From: a virus
Lineage: Duplodnaviria; Heunggongvirae; Uroviricota; Caudoviricetes
Virus record (IMG/VR): IMGVR_UViG_3300042691_028414
Direction: 5' to 3' (one strand)
DNA length: 64,000 nucleotides
Position 1 is the stretch's first letter. Every line of letters begins with the position of its first letter. The notes below the pieces were generated by a model. It worked only from the letters and a program-made list of their open reading frames with translations, was not told the DNA's origin and made no database searches. This document shows, piece by piece, positions 39,401 to 48,891 of the stretch. The translations under genes and the position numbers were made by a program.

Positions 39401-42400
39401 AAATAACTGTTTGGTGATGGTTTAATTAATCTATCATTATCAAAATATCCATAATTTGGTGCTTTCCAAAATAATCTAACTGAACCATTATAAACTGCGG
39501 GGTTATCAACAACTTCTGTTGCTAAATCACCATTAATTTTAAAACATTCATCTTTAGTTTGATTCACTGAAGATCCAAATGATGGTATTGGGAATATATT
39601 GTTACCATCTGATGTTGTAACAAAACAACTCCAAGATTTCAAACTTAAAGAACGATTTAAATTACTTAAATCAAATCCTGGTAATTTATTTATTGTTGAT
39701 CCTGCTGCGGATTTTAAATATAAAATATTATCATCTAAAACACTTTGTATCTCACTATTTGAATATGACTGTGCCGGTGGGTTAGTGACATAAAAACTAA
39801 TTGCCGTTGTTGCGGTTTGTGGTATATTAATACCGTAAACACCAACACCACCCAAAGTACCGCTAGTTTGTCCCGTAATTGTGGTGCCTAAAGTAATACC
39901 ATTACCTGATAGAATAGCACCATCAAATAAATCATTACCACTAACCGTACTAACAGTTAATACATTACCCAATATTGTTGCAGTACCTGAAATTTGTACT
40001 TGAGTTTCAAATACTCTTTTACCTTGGTAAAATACATTAAAGTCATCAATTAACTTAGGATAAAATCCTGTATTAATTCTTGTTTGTTCACTTAACCCAT
40101 TAATAATAGTGTCTTGTAAAACGATGTCTTGTGGTATTCCATCAATAACTAATGAATATGTTTTAGTAACCGCACTATTTTGGGGATCATAATTATCTGA
40201 ATAATTAAAATTAGTCCACGCATCATCAAGAATATCAACCCCATCTTCTGTCCAAGTTTTATATCTATGCCAGATAGATCCATATTTAAGTACCCACGCA
40301 TATGGTATTTTATGGATTCCACCATATTTTTTAAATGTGGATATAATGTAATTTAAATCTGAAAAACTACCATCATTATCTTCTTTATATTTTTCTCTTA
40401 AAGTTGCCAATGGTAAACTATTCAAGAATAGATATGATGCGGATTTAAACGGATATAGGTTATCTGTATATCTAAAATCATACACCCCTTTTTGAATTGC
40501 ATTAATAAAATAAGGTGTATTTAGAATTGATGTCGTTTGTTCTGACACCAATTTATTGTCATAATCAAAATATGAAATGTTACCTTCAGTAGTGTATTGA
40601 TTTTTTATTGTTCTCGTATTATAAAAAGTTTTTAAATCCGCCAAAATAATTGGTTGATTAAATGTCCCACTATTGTTTGATTTATAATTAAAACTTGTTA
40701 CAGGTTGTTTGTCTTTAGCATCTACAGTATCATCATAATTTGTTATACTTTTTATAATTGTATTATATTCTAAAACTTGATTAGTTTTAAAAACATCTTC
40801 TTTCTTTTGAATGTCCTTTCCGTCCGCTAAATAATTTTTTATCCAACTCAAATTAGTTATTGGATATGTGTCAGTAAAATCAAAATTCTCTACAATGTTT
40901 GCATTACCAAAATATTCTTTAGCATATGAATTATCTTTAATGGATAATAATGGTTGTGATTTTTCATTAGTTAGAATATCTTGATTGTACAACTTGAATG
41001 ATGTACTAACATCATTTTTAATATATGATGTGTTAAATTCTCCTCTGATATAATTTTGCCAAGATTCTCCAGTTCCCCCATTTGAAATGTGTCTTAAAAA
41101 TGATAAGTAAATTCCTGAGTTTAAATTATATTCTTTTAACTTCTTAGTTAGGAATGGATTATCATCACCTAATGATTCTAACATATTTAACACTTCTGAC
41201 TCAGAATAATATTCAGTCATATTAAATGTTTTATTAGAATCCCTACTTAATTTACTATAGAAAGCATTAATTAATAATCTTTCATATATTTCATAGAAAA
41301 ATTTAACTTCTTCAACATTTTGATATACTTGATTATTAATTGGAAATTCAATTGCATTAAAACTTAATCTATTTGGTTTAAGTTGTTGATTGTTAGTGTC
41401 GGTTGGGAATTTTTCAGGAACTTTTCTTTCGTATGTCGCCTTTATAAAATCTTCAACAAATTCTACTTCCGGCCATATTTCAGGTTGATAAGCCCTAATT
41501 TTAGTTGCAATACTCGTATCTCCAGGGTATTTCAATTCATATCGTTCACCTTCTTTTAGATTGTTCTCAACAATAACTTGAGGCCAAGGATATATTGGTG
41601 TTTCTAAAACTGTTAAATCTTTTAAATCAACACTATTCGCACCTGATGAGGTTGATAAAACCGCAGCCTTTCTAATTGTATCATCTCTTAAGTCCCAAGC
41701 TTTTGCATGAACCTCATCAAGTAATCTTAAAAACGCCTCTCCTTGAGCAAAAAATACCGCTAATACATTTCTTATTGTTGGTGAAAATCCAATTCCACCT
41801 TCACTAGCACTTTTACTTATATTTAAGATTAAATCTTTAGATAATTGTTCTTCTATTGCCTGTTTTTTTGTTTGATAATTTTCTCTTATTGTAGTTGTTT
41901 TATCAATAAAAGATGCCGTACCCTTAAAAAAGAATTTTGGTGAGGAATCAAACTGTGTTCTTATTTGGTTCTGAACTGAAGTGGTTGCGGTAAATGATAT
42001 TTCTTTACCGTTTCTCTGAGCATAAGTTTTATTTATATCAATATTATTTACATCAGTATTATAAAAAAATGTACTAGTATTTTTTTGTAAATCTACAAAA
42101 ATATCTACAGGTATACTGTTTGGTTTACCATCACCTAAAACAGTATTACCTCTCAATGATTCGTTATTTCTTTTAACAATACCCGATAATTCGGTTAATG
42201 CTTCTTGTTGTTTTTGAGATGATTTATATTCTTCTTTAAATTGGTATAACACATACCCGTCTTTTTGTCCCGTAGGTGGGAATGTAACAAATGGGTTTTT
42301 GGTGTCCAAATATTTTCCATACCAAGAATCCACACCCGAATACAAATAAACTTCTTGTTCATATCTATCTAATACTTTTGAGTAGTCAGATAAACTATTA

Positions 42401-43401
42401 AGAGTGTCTAAATTAGTTTTAGGGTAATTATCAATGATATTTTTTAAAAAAGTATTTAAATTTATCTGTAGTTCCTGAATGGTTATTTCAGGAAAATTAT
42501 CTGATATCAACCCTTTTGATTTATACTCAGCATACAATTCTTTTATTTTAGAATATCCTTTACTTGACCAACCACTTTCAACTTTGTCATTTTTGTTTCC
42601 GTTTCCTGTTGTTGTTTGTGGTACTGTCTCTATTGCTGACTGGAACATCAATGGAGTTGACATCATCGCCTGCCAATTCACTGAAGATAATATCGTGTAC
42701 TTATATGTGTACATTTGTAGTTGAACCCTAAAATTCCCACTGCTAGGATCAAAACTTGCATTAAAGGTTCTTAACATCAATGGTAATCTAACCGCTTTAC
42801 CTAAGTATCCTTTTATTGTTAGATAAAATAATGGATACGGTAATTGGAAGAATGCGGCATATGGTGAATTACTACCTGCTTCAAATAATGCTCTACCCTT
42901 AACATCTTCCATTGTAATATCAATAACAGGTAAGAAGTCCGTACCATAAGAGATATTAATTTGAGTTATACCTAACATTCCTGTATCTGTTGAACCAGGA
43001 TTACCATTAGTTAATGTTGTTTGTCTATAAAAATAGTCATCACTCTGATTAGGATTAGTAATTTTATCTATTTTTTGTTGATTAATACCTTTACCCTGTA
43101 ATGAATCTTTACCTGTTATTTCATCAACATAAATTTCTTCTAAAAATTTACTATCTCCAGGATTCAAAAAATTAATTTTACCCACAGATATTGTTCTAAC
43201 AGAATCTTCCAATGGAACACCTATCGCCAATTTTGTTCTCGGTAAAACCGAACATTCTAAATTTGCATAGAACACCAAGTCTTCTTGATTGACAAGTCGT
43301 TCTCTAGCCATACCATTTTCATCAATCACTTTGTTTGGATCAATTACCGATATGTTTTGGTAGTCAAATTCTACCAATATGTTTTCTCCGTTATCTACCA
43401 T
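36442..43401 (-). CDS. Very large baseplate hub-like protein (gp27 / gpD-like N- and C-terminal motifs)
   Basis: 2319 aa; GITQINISY...IDITMEDVKG near the N-terminus; GNALIQP...GPYMILKVSHRISQNGFDTTFEG near the C-terminus; follows the LysM-like gene. Confidence 0.6.
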   Translation of the reverse strand: MVDNGENILVEFDYQNISVIDPNKVIDENGMARERLVNQEDLVFYANLECSVLPRTKLAIGVPLEDSVRTISVGKINFLNPGDSKFLEEIYVDEITGKDSLQGKGINQQKIDKITNPNQSDDYFYRQTTLTNGNPGSTDTGMLGITQINISYGTDFLPVIDITMEDVKGRALFEAGSNSPYAAFFQLPYPLFYLTIKGYLGKAVRLPLMLRTFNASFDPSSGNFRVQLQMYTYKYTILSSVNWQAMMSTPLMFQSAIETVPQTTTGNGNKNDKVESGWSSKGYSKIKELYAEYKSKGLISDNFPEITIQELQINLNTFLKNIIDNYPKTNLDTLNSLSDYSKVLDRYEQEVYLYSGVDSWYGKYLDTKNPFVTFPPTGQKDGYVLYQFKEEYKSSQKQQEALTELSGIVKRNNESLRGNTVLGDGKPNSIPVDIFVDLQKNTSTFFYNTDVNNIDINKTYAQRNGKEISFTATTSVQNQIRTQFDSSPKFFFKGTASFIDKTTTIRENYQTKKQAIEEQLSKDLILNISKSASEGGIGFSPTIRNVLAVFFAQGEAFLRLLDEVHAKAWDLRDDTIRKAAVLSTSSGANSVDLKDLTVLETPIYPWPQVIVENNLKEGERYELKYPGDTSIATKIRAYQPEIWPEVEFVEDFIKATYERKVPEKFPTDTNNQQLKPNRLSFNAIEFPINNQVYQNVEEVKFFYEIYERLLINAFYSKLSRDSNKTFNMTEYYSESEVLNMLESLGDDNPFLTKKLKEYNLNSGIYLSFLRHISNGGTGESWQNYIRGEFNTSYIKNDVSTSFKLYNQDILTNEKSQPLLSIKDNSYAKEYFGNANIVENFDFTDTYPITNLSWIKNYLADGKDIQKKEDVFKTNQVLEYNTIIKSITNYDDTVDAKDKQPVTSFNYKSNNSGTFNQPIILADLKTFYNTRTIKNQYTTEGNISYFDYDNKLVSEQTTSILNTPYFINAIQKGVYDFRYTDNLYPFKSASYLFLNSLPLATLREKYKEDNDGSFSDLNYIISTFKKYGGIHKIPYAWVLKYGSIWHRYKTWTEDGVDILDDAWTNFNYSDNYDPQNSAVTKTYSLVIDGIPQDIVLQDTIINGLSEQTRINTGFYPKLIDDFNVFYQGKRVFETQVQISGTATILGNVLTVSTVSGNDLFDGAILSGNGITLGTTITGQTSGTLGGVGVYGINIPQTATTAISFYVTNPPAQSYSNSEIQSVLDDNILYLKSAAGSTINKLPGFDLSNLNRSLSLKSWSCFVTTSDGNNIFPIPSFGSSVNQTKDECFKINGDLATEVVDNPAVYNGSVRLFWKAPNYGYFDNDRLIKPSPNSYLKHIKNDESIQQAFSINGVSSEYTKISELFTTFEKDILDIMENEFLNFSRSVYDYNSNIKSTLGVDTDTEITNNNFQSLMRSLMKVPKPKDNINGSVVINEIQESQISNFKQVLGTFMDYKVTMKYGNPSNFDKKLFYTYSNQILIDTYSFQGYNVGSPNSLPSAGGSITLSQSKAQNPETWKTLETYVGFSEIPELVYSDNGSYITDFFLDMNIEFTENSIKTLSPLIKIYATQKLEDNNFNSTKFRTLMDGYINKSNTYINTLLDLEMTRLRKELPDVNISQTNTKVRADYEGDQTRYELWELFKTINDTWISGTDFKSKTLFEDVLLMDRASRDVGQQIYVDIFKLKTLIDSSLVKNNMLDIVQTILTENNFVNFVIPAFANFYNVRDVSKNAVPRPEGTLEFANTLFGTYLNVDYRETGSKFVCLYANKPSEHLALNDNVDYRYRDDAFDLRRATDNPLLENQENKTNWATSNKVVGFNVDIGPQNQQIFKQIDVSQDPGLPTTESLEVLNQMANQDRNRGSYTQSVSLYNLYKNRSYKCSIDMMGNALIQPMMYFNLRNVPLFSGPYMILKVSHRISQNGFDTTFEGQRQPFYSIPKIESFIQSISTKILKDIQERIKQNEETKTQQSVNTLSQTATKLDNVSETNTTLNVNQACSSALNESYKNFTNATGDPLMIMSSSEINKKDAANKINELIIANGSYNSNDSKTLASFIYSIMTVATKPSEIFKTYGNNYGLIPLNTNYGGSFVLFENKYYCNSKNIPMAVFSSFDQFVNFMIAKYGPQLGTIKNYVSTNNNISDQIKYGKAFATFYMDNYPTNEGQSLFDTLIEENKNKLEKLFGNAYTDYVSSQRQFTSQSSTTTPKPAKQVVQANGDQLIQMQIVISPNSGKWNIDSAEIIFNKKPEECTATIGVKINVPTFIATNKQSFTMTAQDLLTTIGCTQNGSYNIQFNVNSIPVLEDGITTDTTRAIVPQSFLIKCLL

Positions 43402-43714
43402 AGTAGAAGAAATGTGTTTCTAATGTTGATTTATAGTCTTGTAATGAAGTTAGTAAAGGATACGGTATAGTCAATATAGCAGCATCAGGTATGTTGAATT
43501 CAAACCCAGTAAACTGTGGATTCGCCAACATTATTAACCACCCAAACAGTGGTGAACCATAAAATTGTTGTGATACTTTATCCAATCTTGATGTACCAAC
43601 TTTATAGATATATGTTTTATCAGAAGTTTTTACGGGTAATTCTACATAAGGAACAACTGTTTGTTGTCCATTTTGTAAAAACTGATTATATCTGTTATAG
43701 TATTGTAATGCCAT
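43391..43714 (-). CDS. LysM-like baseplate protein (T4 gp53 / P2 gpX-like)
   Basis: YIYKVGTSRLDKVSQQFYGSPLFGWLIMLANP...LTIP; canonical position after the tube initiator. Confidence 0.8.
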   Translation of the reverse strand: MALQYYNRYNQFLQNGQQTVVPYVELPVKTSDKTYIYKVGTSRLDKVSQQFYGSPLFGWLIMLANPQFTGFEFNIPDAAILTIPYPLLTSLQDYKSTLETHFFYYGR

Positions 43715-43716
43715 AA

Positions 43717-46700
43717 TTAAGTGAAAGTTACTTTTCCATTATAAGTTTTATTACTTGTTTTTACATTTACATCTAAATACAAATCTTTTAATCTATTCTT
43801 CTTTTGTAGGTTGTTACCAACATTATCCGTTGTGTATTGTACTTTGGAATCAAATTCAGTTATCTCATATTTTTCATATGTTTGATAATCACTACCATTC
43901 ATTAAAGTATCAAAGAATTTTAATTCGGCATCATATTCTTCTTTACATTTCCCTTTAAATTCATTTGATATTTTTTTAATACCATCAATTAATTTTTGAT
44001 TTTTAGATATTTTAGGCCCAGAAGTTAAATTAGTGACAAAAGCGTTAAATTTATTATCATCCAAAAATATTGGGGACATAGTCATATAGAACCTTCTAGT
44101 TGCCGTATCATCACCAAAACCAGAGAAAACTTTAGTTATTGGATCAAAATTATTATCCTGATAGTTAATCTTTTTTAAGATACTATTAGAATCAACATCT
44201 AATATTTTATTATTATAATCCGTTAATTTAAATCCTACGGAAACAGGATTTGTATTAGTGGTATATACTTTAATAATATTATCAATGTTGTCACCACTTA
44301 ATGTGTAAACTTTGTAATCTCCGGTACCTAATTTGATACCATCAATTTTACCACAAATCATATCCATTTTTCTTAAAGTATAATTATAGTTTTCTTGATA
44401 TGAAGTCATTGTGTTAGCAGGTTCAATAACAATATTATTTATTTCAGTTTCCATTTTGGTTACCTCTTCTTCTAATTTTGCTCTTAATTCTCTTAACTCA
44501 GAATTTACCGCACTATATTGGTTAGAATCCTTATTAACATAATATGAAATTGGATCCTTATCATTTTTAACATCTGATAATGTTTCTTTAATTAATTTAC
44601 TTACATTTTTTTCAATTTCTAATGATCTACCATACAATGGAACATCAGGTAATGGTACATCATATTCATTTAACTCACCATTATTAAATTTTCTTTCACT
44701 ACTTGCTAATCCGACAATACCCATATTAGTTGTACTTGTCATTGTTTTAAGTTGATTTGTTATTGTTGTAAAATAATTTTTAGTCCCTTCAGATAATTCT
44801 TTAATTAATCCTGAATAGTCCATGTCACCAACTTCAACTTCATTATTATTTTCGTAGTTTGTTGACAATATAGTTCCAATAGTTCCTCCACCTTTTTGTG
44901 ATTGTTGGTTAGCAACCGTATTAGATCCAACCGTAGGTGTTGATGTTCCCGCACCTTTAACTATTTTAGCAACCATTTGTTTATCTCTTTCTTCTGTACT
45001 TTCTGTTGCAACTGATCTTTCATCATATATTTCAGTATTCGCATAGTAATTGAATGATAATGCGTTCTGTAATTGTTTAACTGGTCCAGCTAATCCATGT
45101 CCACCAATAAAGTCAAATCCTAATGAAATTTTGGCTAACATTGGTTGTACCCCAATTCCTTCAGGATTTATATCAAAAACCAAAGGATCATATTGTATAC
45201 CTAATGTATTAGGAATTATTTTTGTGTGATAAAAATCACCAATTCTTAATACCAATACAGGTGGTGCTCCAAACGCAGTATTTTGAGCATCATTATATTT
45301 TGGTTTACCATCAGGTCCAATAACAGGAATTGTTTGTCCCGGTCTCATACATTGTTGTAAGAATGTAAGTCTTGCATTTAATCCTTCAGGTGTTATTGAG
45401 TGAAATGCCGGTGTAAAGTATTTTATCCTATCTTTAATACTTTCAAATACCATAGGATCACTTTCTTTTAACACATCAAAATAATCACATTCAGAAAATA
45501 GATGTCTTAATATTTTTTTGGAAATACCGTCTTTAACCTTTTGAATCGGATCTGGTTGTTCTATAATTTTAAGTGGAGGTATTTCAATAGTTGTTGTTCC
45601 TGTTGTTCCTGACTGATTAGGTATCACAACAACATCTATTATTGGTTCTTGAATTGGATCTTCAGGTTTAACTTCTTGTACATATGTTGCAATTATTGAC
45701 GCAATTCTAACTTTTCTACAAGCCATTGCGGGTACTGAATACCATTCACCACCATAATCATTAGTCTTAGCAGTTGCTAAAGTAGCTCCATCAAGTATGT
45801 TTACATTACAGTTTATTGAGAAATTTGTACCATCTTTACTTTTTGGTGAAACTTGAGCAACTTCACCTAAAGATGCTGATTTAACAATTAATTTTCCTTC
45901 ATCAAAAAACTTTTGGAAATTTTCTCCAGCAACATTTTGTTTTTTAAACCATTTTACAACAGAATCAATTCTTCTATCAGAAAGATATTCATTATATTGT
46001 AAACTAGCTTGTATTGGTGATGCTGAACCAACTAATTCAATTGTTATTTGTCCTTTTTTGTCAACAATAAATTCTTTAATTTTTGGTAATAACTCATTTT
46101 TAATTACACTAAAATTGTCCACAACAACATTATCAAAAAAGTTTTGTACTCCTTCCTTTAAGAAAGGATCAGTTTGTCCTTGAGCAAAACATTTTGCAGG
46201 TGCATTAGTTACATATTTTTGATTTCTTAAACCTATATAAAAATCGTAATAATTATCATAATCCCAATTTGCATTATTACCTAAATTAGGGAAATCTCTT
46301 GATGCCGCACCCGCAACTTTCCATTCCGCAGGATCTGAAGGATTTTTTATTGGATTATTAAAATATGGTGAATCGTTTTCAAAATAAAACGCATATTCTG
46401 AAAAATTATCATTAAGTTCTGAAGAAGTAACAACCTCTTCAACTGTAGGTCCGGGTTTAACATCATTTGTGGTGTTAGTTGTTTGACTAACCTCAGCATC
46501 TCCTTGAGTACCTGTACTATTACCCCCAGGTATTGAATTGTCGACTGGGATTTTTGTTAATATATTTTGAAGTTCTTCTTGAGTTTTTCTTGGTTCATTT
46601 AAAAGTTGTTGGTATGTATATAAATCAGATGTTGGTATGTTATTAAACTTTATTGCCAAATCATATATGTCATATTTAACACAACCCGCAAAAAATGAAT

Positions 46701-48855
46701 CCATTATTGAATTAATTTCTTGTGGTGTTCTAGTTTTAAGTTGTTCTCTAATAATTGTATTCATAACTGATGGATGATCCACAATTATTGTCCAACTTAA
46801 TGAACCCGTTCTTGTACTATCTTTATATGTATATATTGGTTCAGGTCTACCTAAAAATGATGTAGGGTTCCAACCTGCCTTACTGTCTTCACTGAATGTT
46901 ATATTATATGGTGGAAACCACATAATTCTACCACCATTCGGTCCTTTCTCACAAACAGGTAAATCATCATATCTAAACCCAGGTTCACTTGATGTTCTCC
47001 AAGCTAAATTTTCAAGTGAGAACATATATTTTTTCACTTTATTATCAACAATGTTAGTTGATCCAGGGTTTCTTAAAGGTGCAATATTTAAATTGTAAGT
47101 ATTATCAAATACTGAATTATTAAATCTTCTACCTGAAGTAGTTATACCATCAGTTTTTTGTAAATCAGCGTAAGTGTAATATGGAGTATCTTTTTGGAAG
47201 ATTCTACAATATTCTCTACCAACTTCAAATCCACTTTCACCAATTACATTACTACCTGTACTTGAGTCGTAATATGCAATTACTTGAGAACCTTTTGTTA
47301 ATTCTTTATAACCATCATTAAAAACTTTTGACACTTGATTTATTGCGTTACCGACGTGTTTAAGTCGTTTTGCCCCTTGAACATTATCGGCAGCATTAAT
47401 AATTCTTTGCGTATTATCTAATATAGAACCCCCCTTAAATTCAACATCAATTGATTGATCTTGACTGTATTGAGCCTCAACAATATTAAATTCAGCGTCC
47501 TGTTGGAAGGTTTCTCCACCTCTACCTACTTTGAATCCCGCATTTGGTCTATACTTTGGTGATGTCCAAACGAATCTACCATCTATACCATCACCATCGT
47601 GATGTGATTTACCACCTAATCCAAAATTAAGTTTACCATCATTACCTTCATACAATTTACCTAACTCGTCAGGTCCATAAACAAGTGTTCCTTGTTGTTT
47701 ACCAAATCTATCGGTTGCAACCTCATTAGATGGGTTTGTTATTAATCCAGGTTCCGCATTTTCACTACCGATATAATAACCTCCTCCACCGTTATCCCCG
47801 TTGAATAGGTTATTAATTGCTTGTGACGCTCCTTGTATTAGATTTTTTTGATATACAGGTCTATATAAGTTATAATTTAAGTTACCAAATAAAACTGATT
47901 GTTGTCCATTACCTGTATTTGCCAAAAATAATTCAGAAGGATTTCTAAATTTATTTAAAATTCCACCTAATGCACCTGCCGTTAAATTGTTTGCGGTATT
48001 TAATGCTCCCGATACATTACCTTCAGGATTGTTTTCATCAAAATAATCACCAGGAATAAATGATACAGGAAAATAAGTTCCTGATAATCTATTTGCAAAC
48101 GATACCGCAGCTAATAAAGGATTTTCAGGTACAGTAATTTTCCAATTCTTAATAAAGAATGGTTGTTGTCCTGATGCTAATAAACTCGCACTAAATGGAT
48201 CAGATAATGTATCAAGGTTAATAGAACCTATTGTTAACTGTTCTAACTCTGATGCAATTCTATCTTCAAAATATCCTTTAAGTTGTGCCGCACCAATCTT
48301 AGCTAAATACGAATCTTGTGATAAAGAACCATCAGATCCTGTTGGGTTGGTACTTGTTAATATCTCATACGGACTATAAAATGATGGTACAAATATTGAT
48401 GGATCCCAATAAGGTTGGTACATCTTATTTGATGTGATTACATCTGTAATAACATATAAATCTTTAAACCCACTCTCAGGTCCGTATTTATTTTGTATAT
48501 ATGCCGCATCAATATAGAATTCATTAACCAAATCTAAAATTGTGTCTCCTGGGTCATAAGGTCCTTTATTTGATTCAACGGGATATGGAGCTCCAGGTAT
48601 AGTATATTTACCAATGAAACCACCTTCAGGTCCGTATTCATTTAATGAATAAAGTTGATTAGCACCTTGATTTGTAGATATTAATGTATCAGGTGAATCA
48701 ATTACATTACTGTTACTAAGTGGTGATACTTCATATGTTACATTACCTGCAGGAGGTGTGTACACACCTTGTACTTGATAAGGTGCTAAATTTCTAGCAA
48801 TTAAAGTATTTCTAAATGTAGATGACGATGCAAATGATAATACACTCTCTGACAT
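43717..48855 (-). CDS. Large tail-tube initiator/baseplate protein with inserted OmpA-like domain
   Basis: Tube-like motifs FLGRPEPIYTY...RTGSLSW and PPVLVLRIGDFY; OmpA-like FYFEND...GSAS...YNEYLSDRRIDSV...RKVRI; follows tape measure. Confidence 0.6.
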   Translation of the reverse strand: MSESVLSFASSSTFRNTLIARNLAPYQVQGVYTPPAGNVTYEVSPLSNSNVIDSPDTLISTNQGANQLYSLNEYGPEGGFIGKYTIPGAPYPVESNKGPYDPGDTILDLVNEFYIDAAYIQNKYGPESGFKDLYVITDVITSNKMYQPYWDPSIFVPSFYSPYEILTSTNPTGSDGSLSQDSYLAKIGAAQLKGYFEDRIASELEQLTIGSINLDTLSDPFSASLLASGQQPFFIKNWKITVPENPLLAAVSFANRLSGTYFPVSFIPGDYFDENNPEGNVSGALNTANNLTAGALGGILNKFRNPSELFLANTGNGQQSVLFGNLNYNLYRPVYQKNLIQGASQAINNLFNGDNGGGGYYIGSENAEPGLITNPSNEVATDRFGKQQGTLVYGPDELGKLYEGNDGKLNFGLGGKSHHDGDGIDGRFVWTSPKYRPNAGFKVGRGGETFQQDAEFNIVEAQYSQDQSIDVEFKGGSILDNTQRIINAADNVQGAKRLKHVGNAINQVSKVFNDGYKELTKGSQVIAYYDSSTGSNVIGESGFEVGREYCRIFQKDTPYYTYADLQKTDGITTSGRRFNNSVFDNTYNLNIAPLRNPGSTNIVDNKVKKYMFSLENLAWRTSSEPGFRYDDLPVCEKGPNGGRIMWFPPYNITFSEDSKAGWNPTSFLGRPEPIYTYKDSTRTGSLSWTIIVDHPSVMNTIIREQLKTRTPQEINSIMDSFFAGCVKYDIYDLAIKFNNIPTSDLYTYQQLLNEPRKTQEELQNILTKIPVDNSIPGGNSTGTQGDAEVSQTTNTTNDVKPGPTVEEVVTSSELNDNFSEYAFYFENDSPYFNNPIKNPSDPAEWKVAGAASRDFPNLGNNANWDYDNYYDFYIGLRNQKYVTNAPAKCFAQGQTDPFLKEGVQNFFDNVVVDNFSVIKNELLPKIKEFIVDKKGQITIELVGSASPIQASLQYNEYLSDRRIDSVVKWFKKQNVAGENFQKFFDEGKLIVKSASLGEVAQVSPKSKDGTNFSINCNVNILDGATLATAKTNDYGGEWYSVPAMACRKVRIASIIATYVQEVKPEDPIQEPIIDVVVIPNQSGTTGTTTIEIPPLKIIEQPDPIQKVKDGISKKILRHLFSECDYFDVLKESDPMVFESIKDRIKYFTPAFHSITPEGLNARLTFLQQCMRPGQTIPVIGPDGKPKYNDAQNTAFGAPPVLVLRIGDFYHTKIIPNTLGIQYDPLVFDINPEGIGVQPMLAKISLGFDFIGGHGLAGPVKQLQNALSFNYYANTEIYDERSVATESTEERDKQMVAKIVKGAGTSTPTVGSNTVANQQSQKGGGTIGTILSTNYENNNEVEVGDMDYSGLIKELSEGTKNYFTTITNQLKTMTSTTNMGIVGLASSERKFNNGELNEYDVPLPDVPLYGRSLEIEKNVSKLIKETLSDVKNDKDPISYYVNKDSNQYSAVNSELRELRAKLEEEVTKMETEINNIVIEPANTMTSYQENYNYTLRKMDMICGKIDGIKLGTGDYKVYTLSGDNIDNIIKVYTTNTNPVSVGFKLTDYNNKILDVDSNSILKKINYQDNNFDPITKVFSGFGDDTATRRFYMTMSPIFLDDNKFNAFVTNLTSGPKISKNQKLIDGIKKISNEFKGKCKEEYDAELKFFDTLMNGSDYQTYEKYEITEFDSKVQYTTDNVGNNLQKKNRLKDLYLDVNVKTSNKTYNGKVTFT

Positions 48856-48891
48856 ATTTTATCTTTTCCTATAAATACATAAAATATGTTT

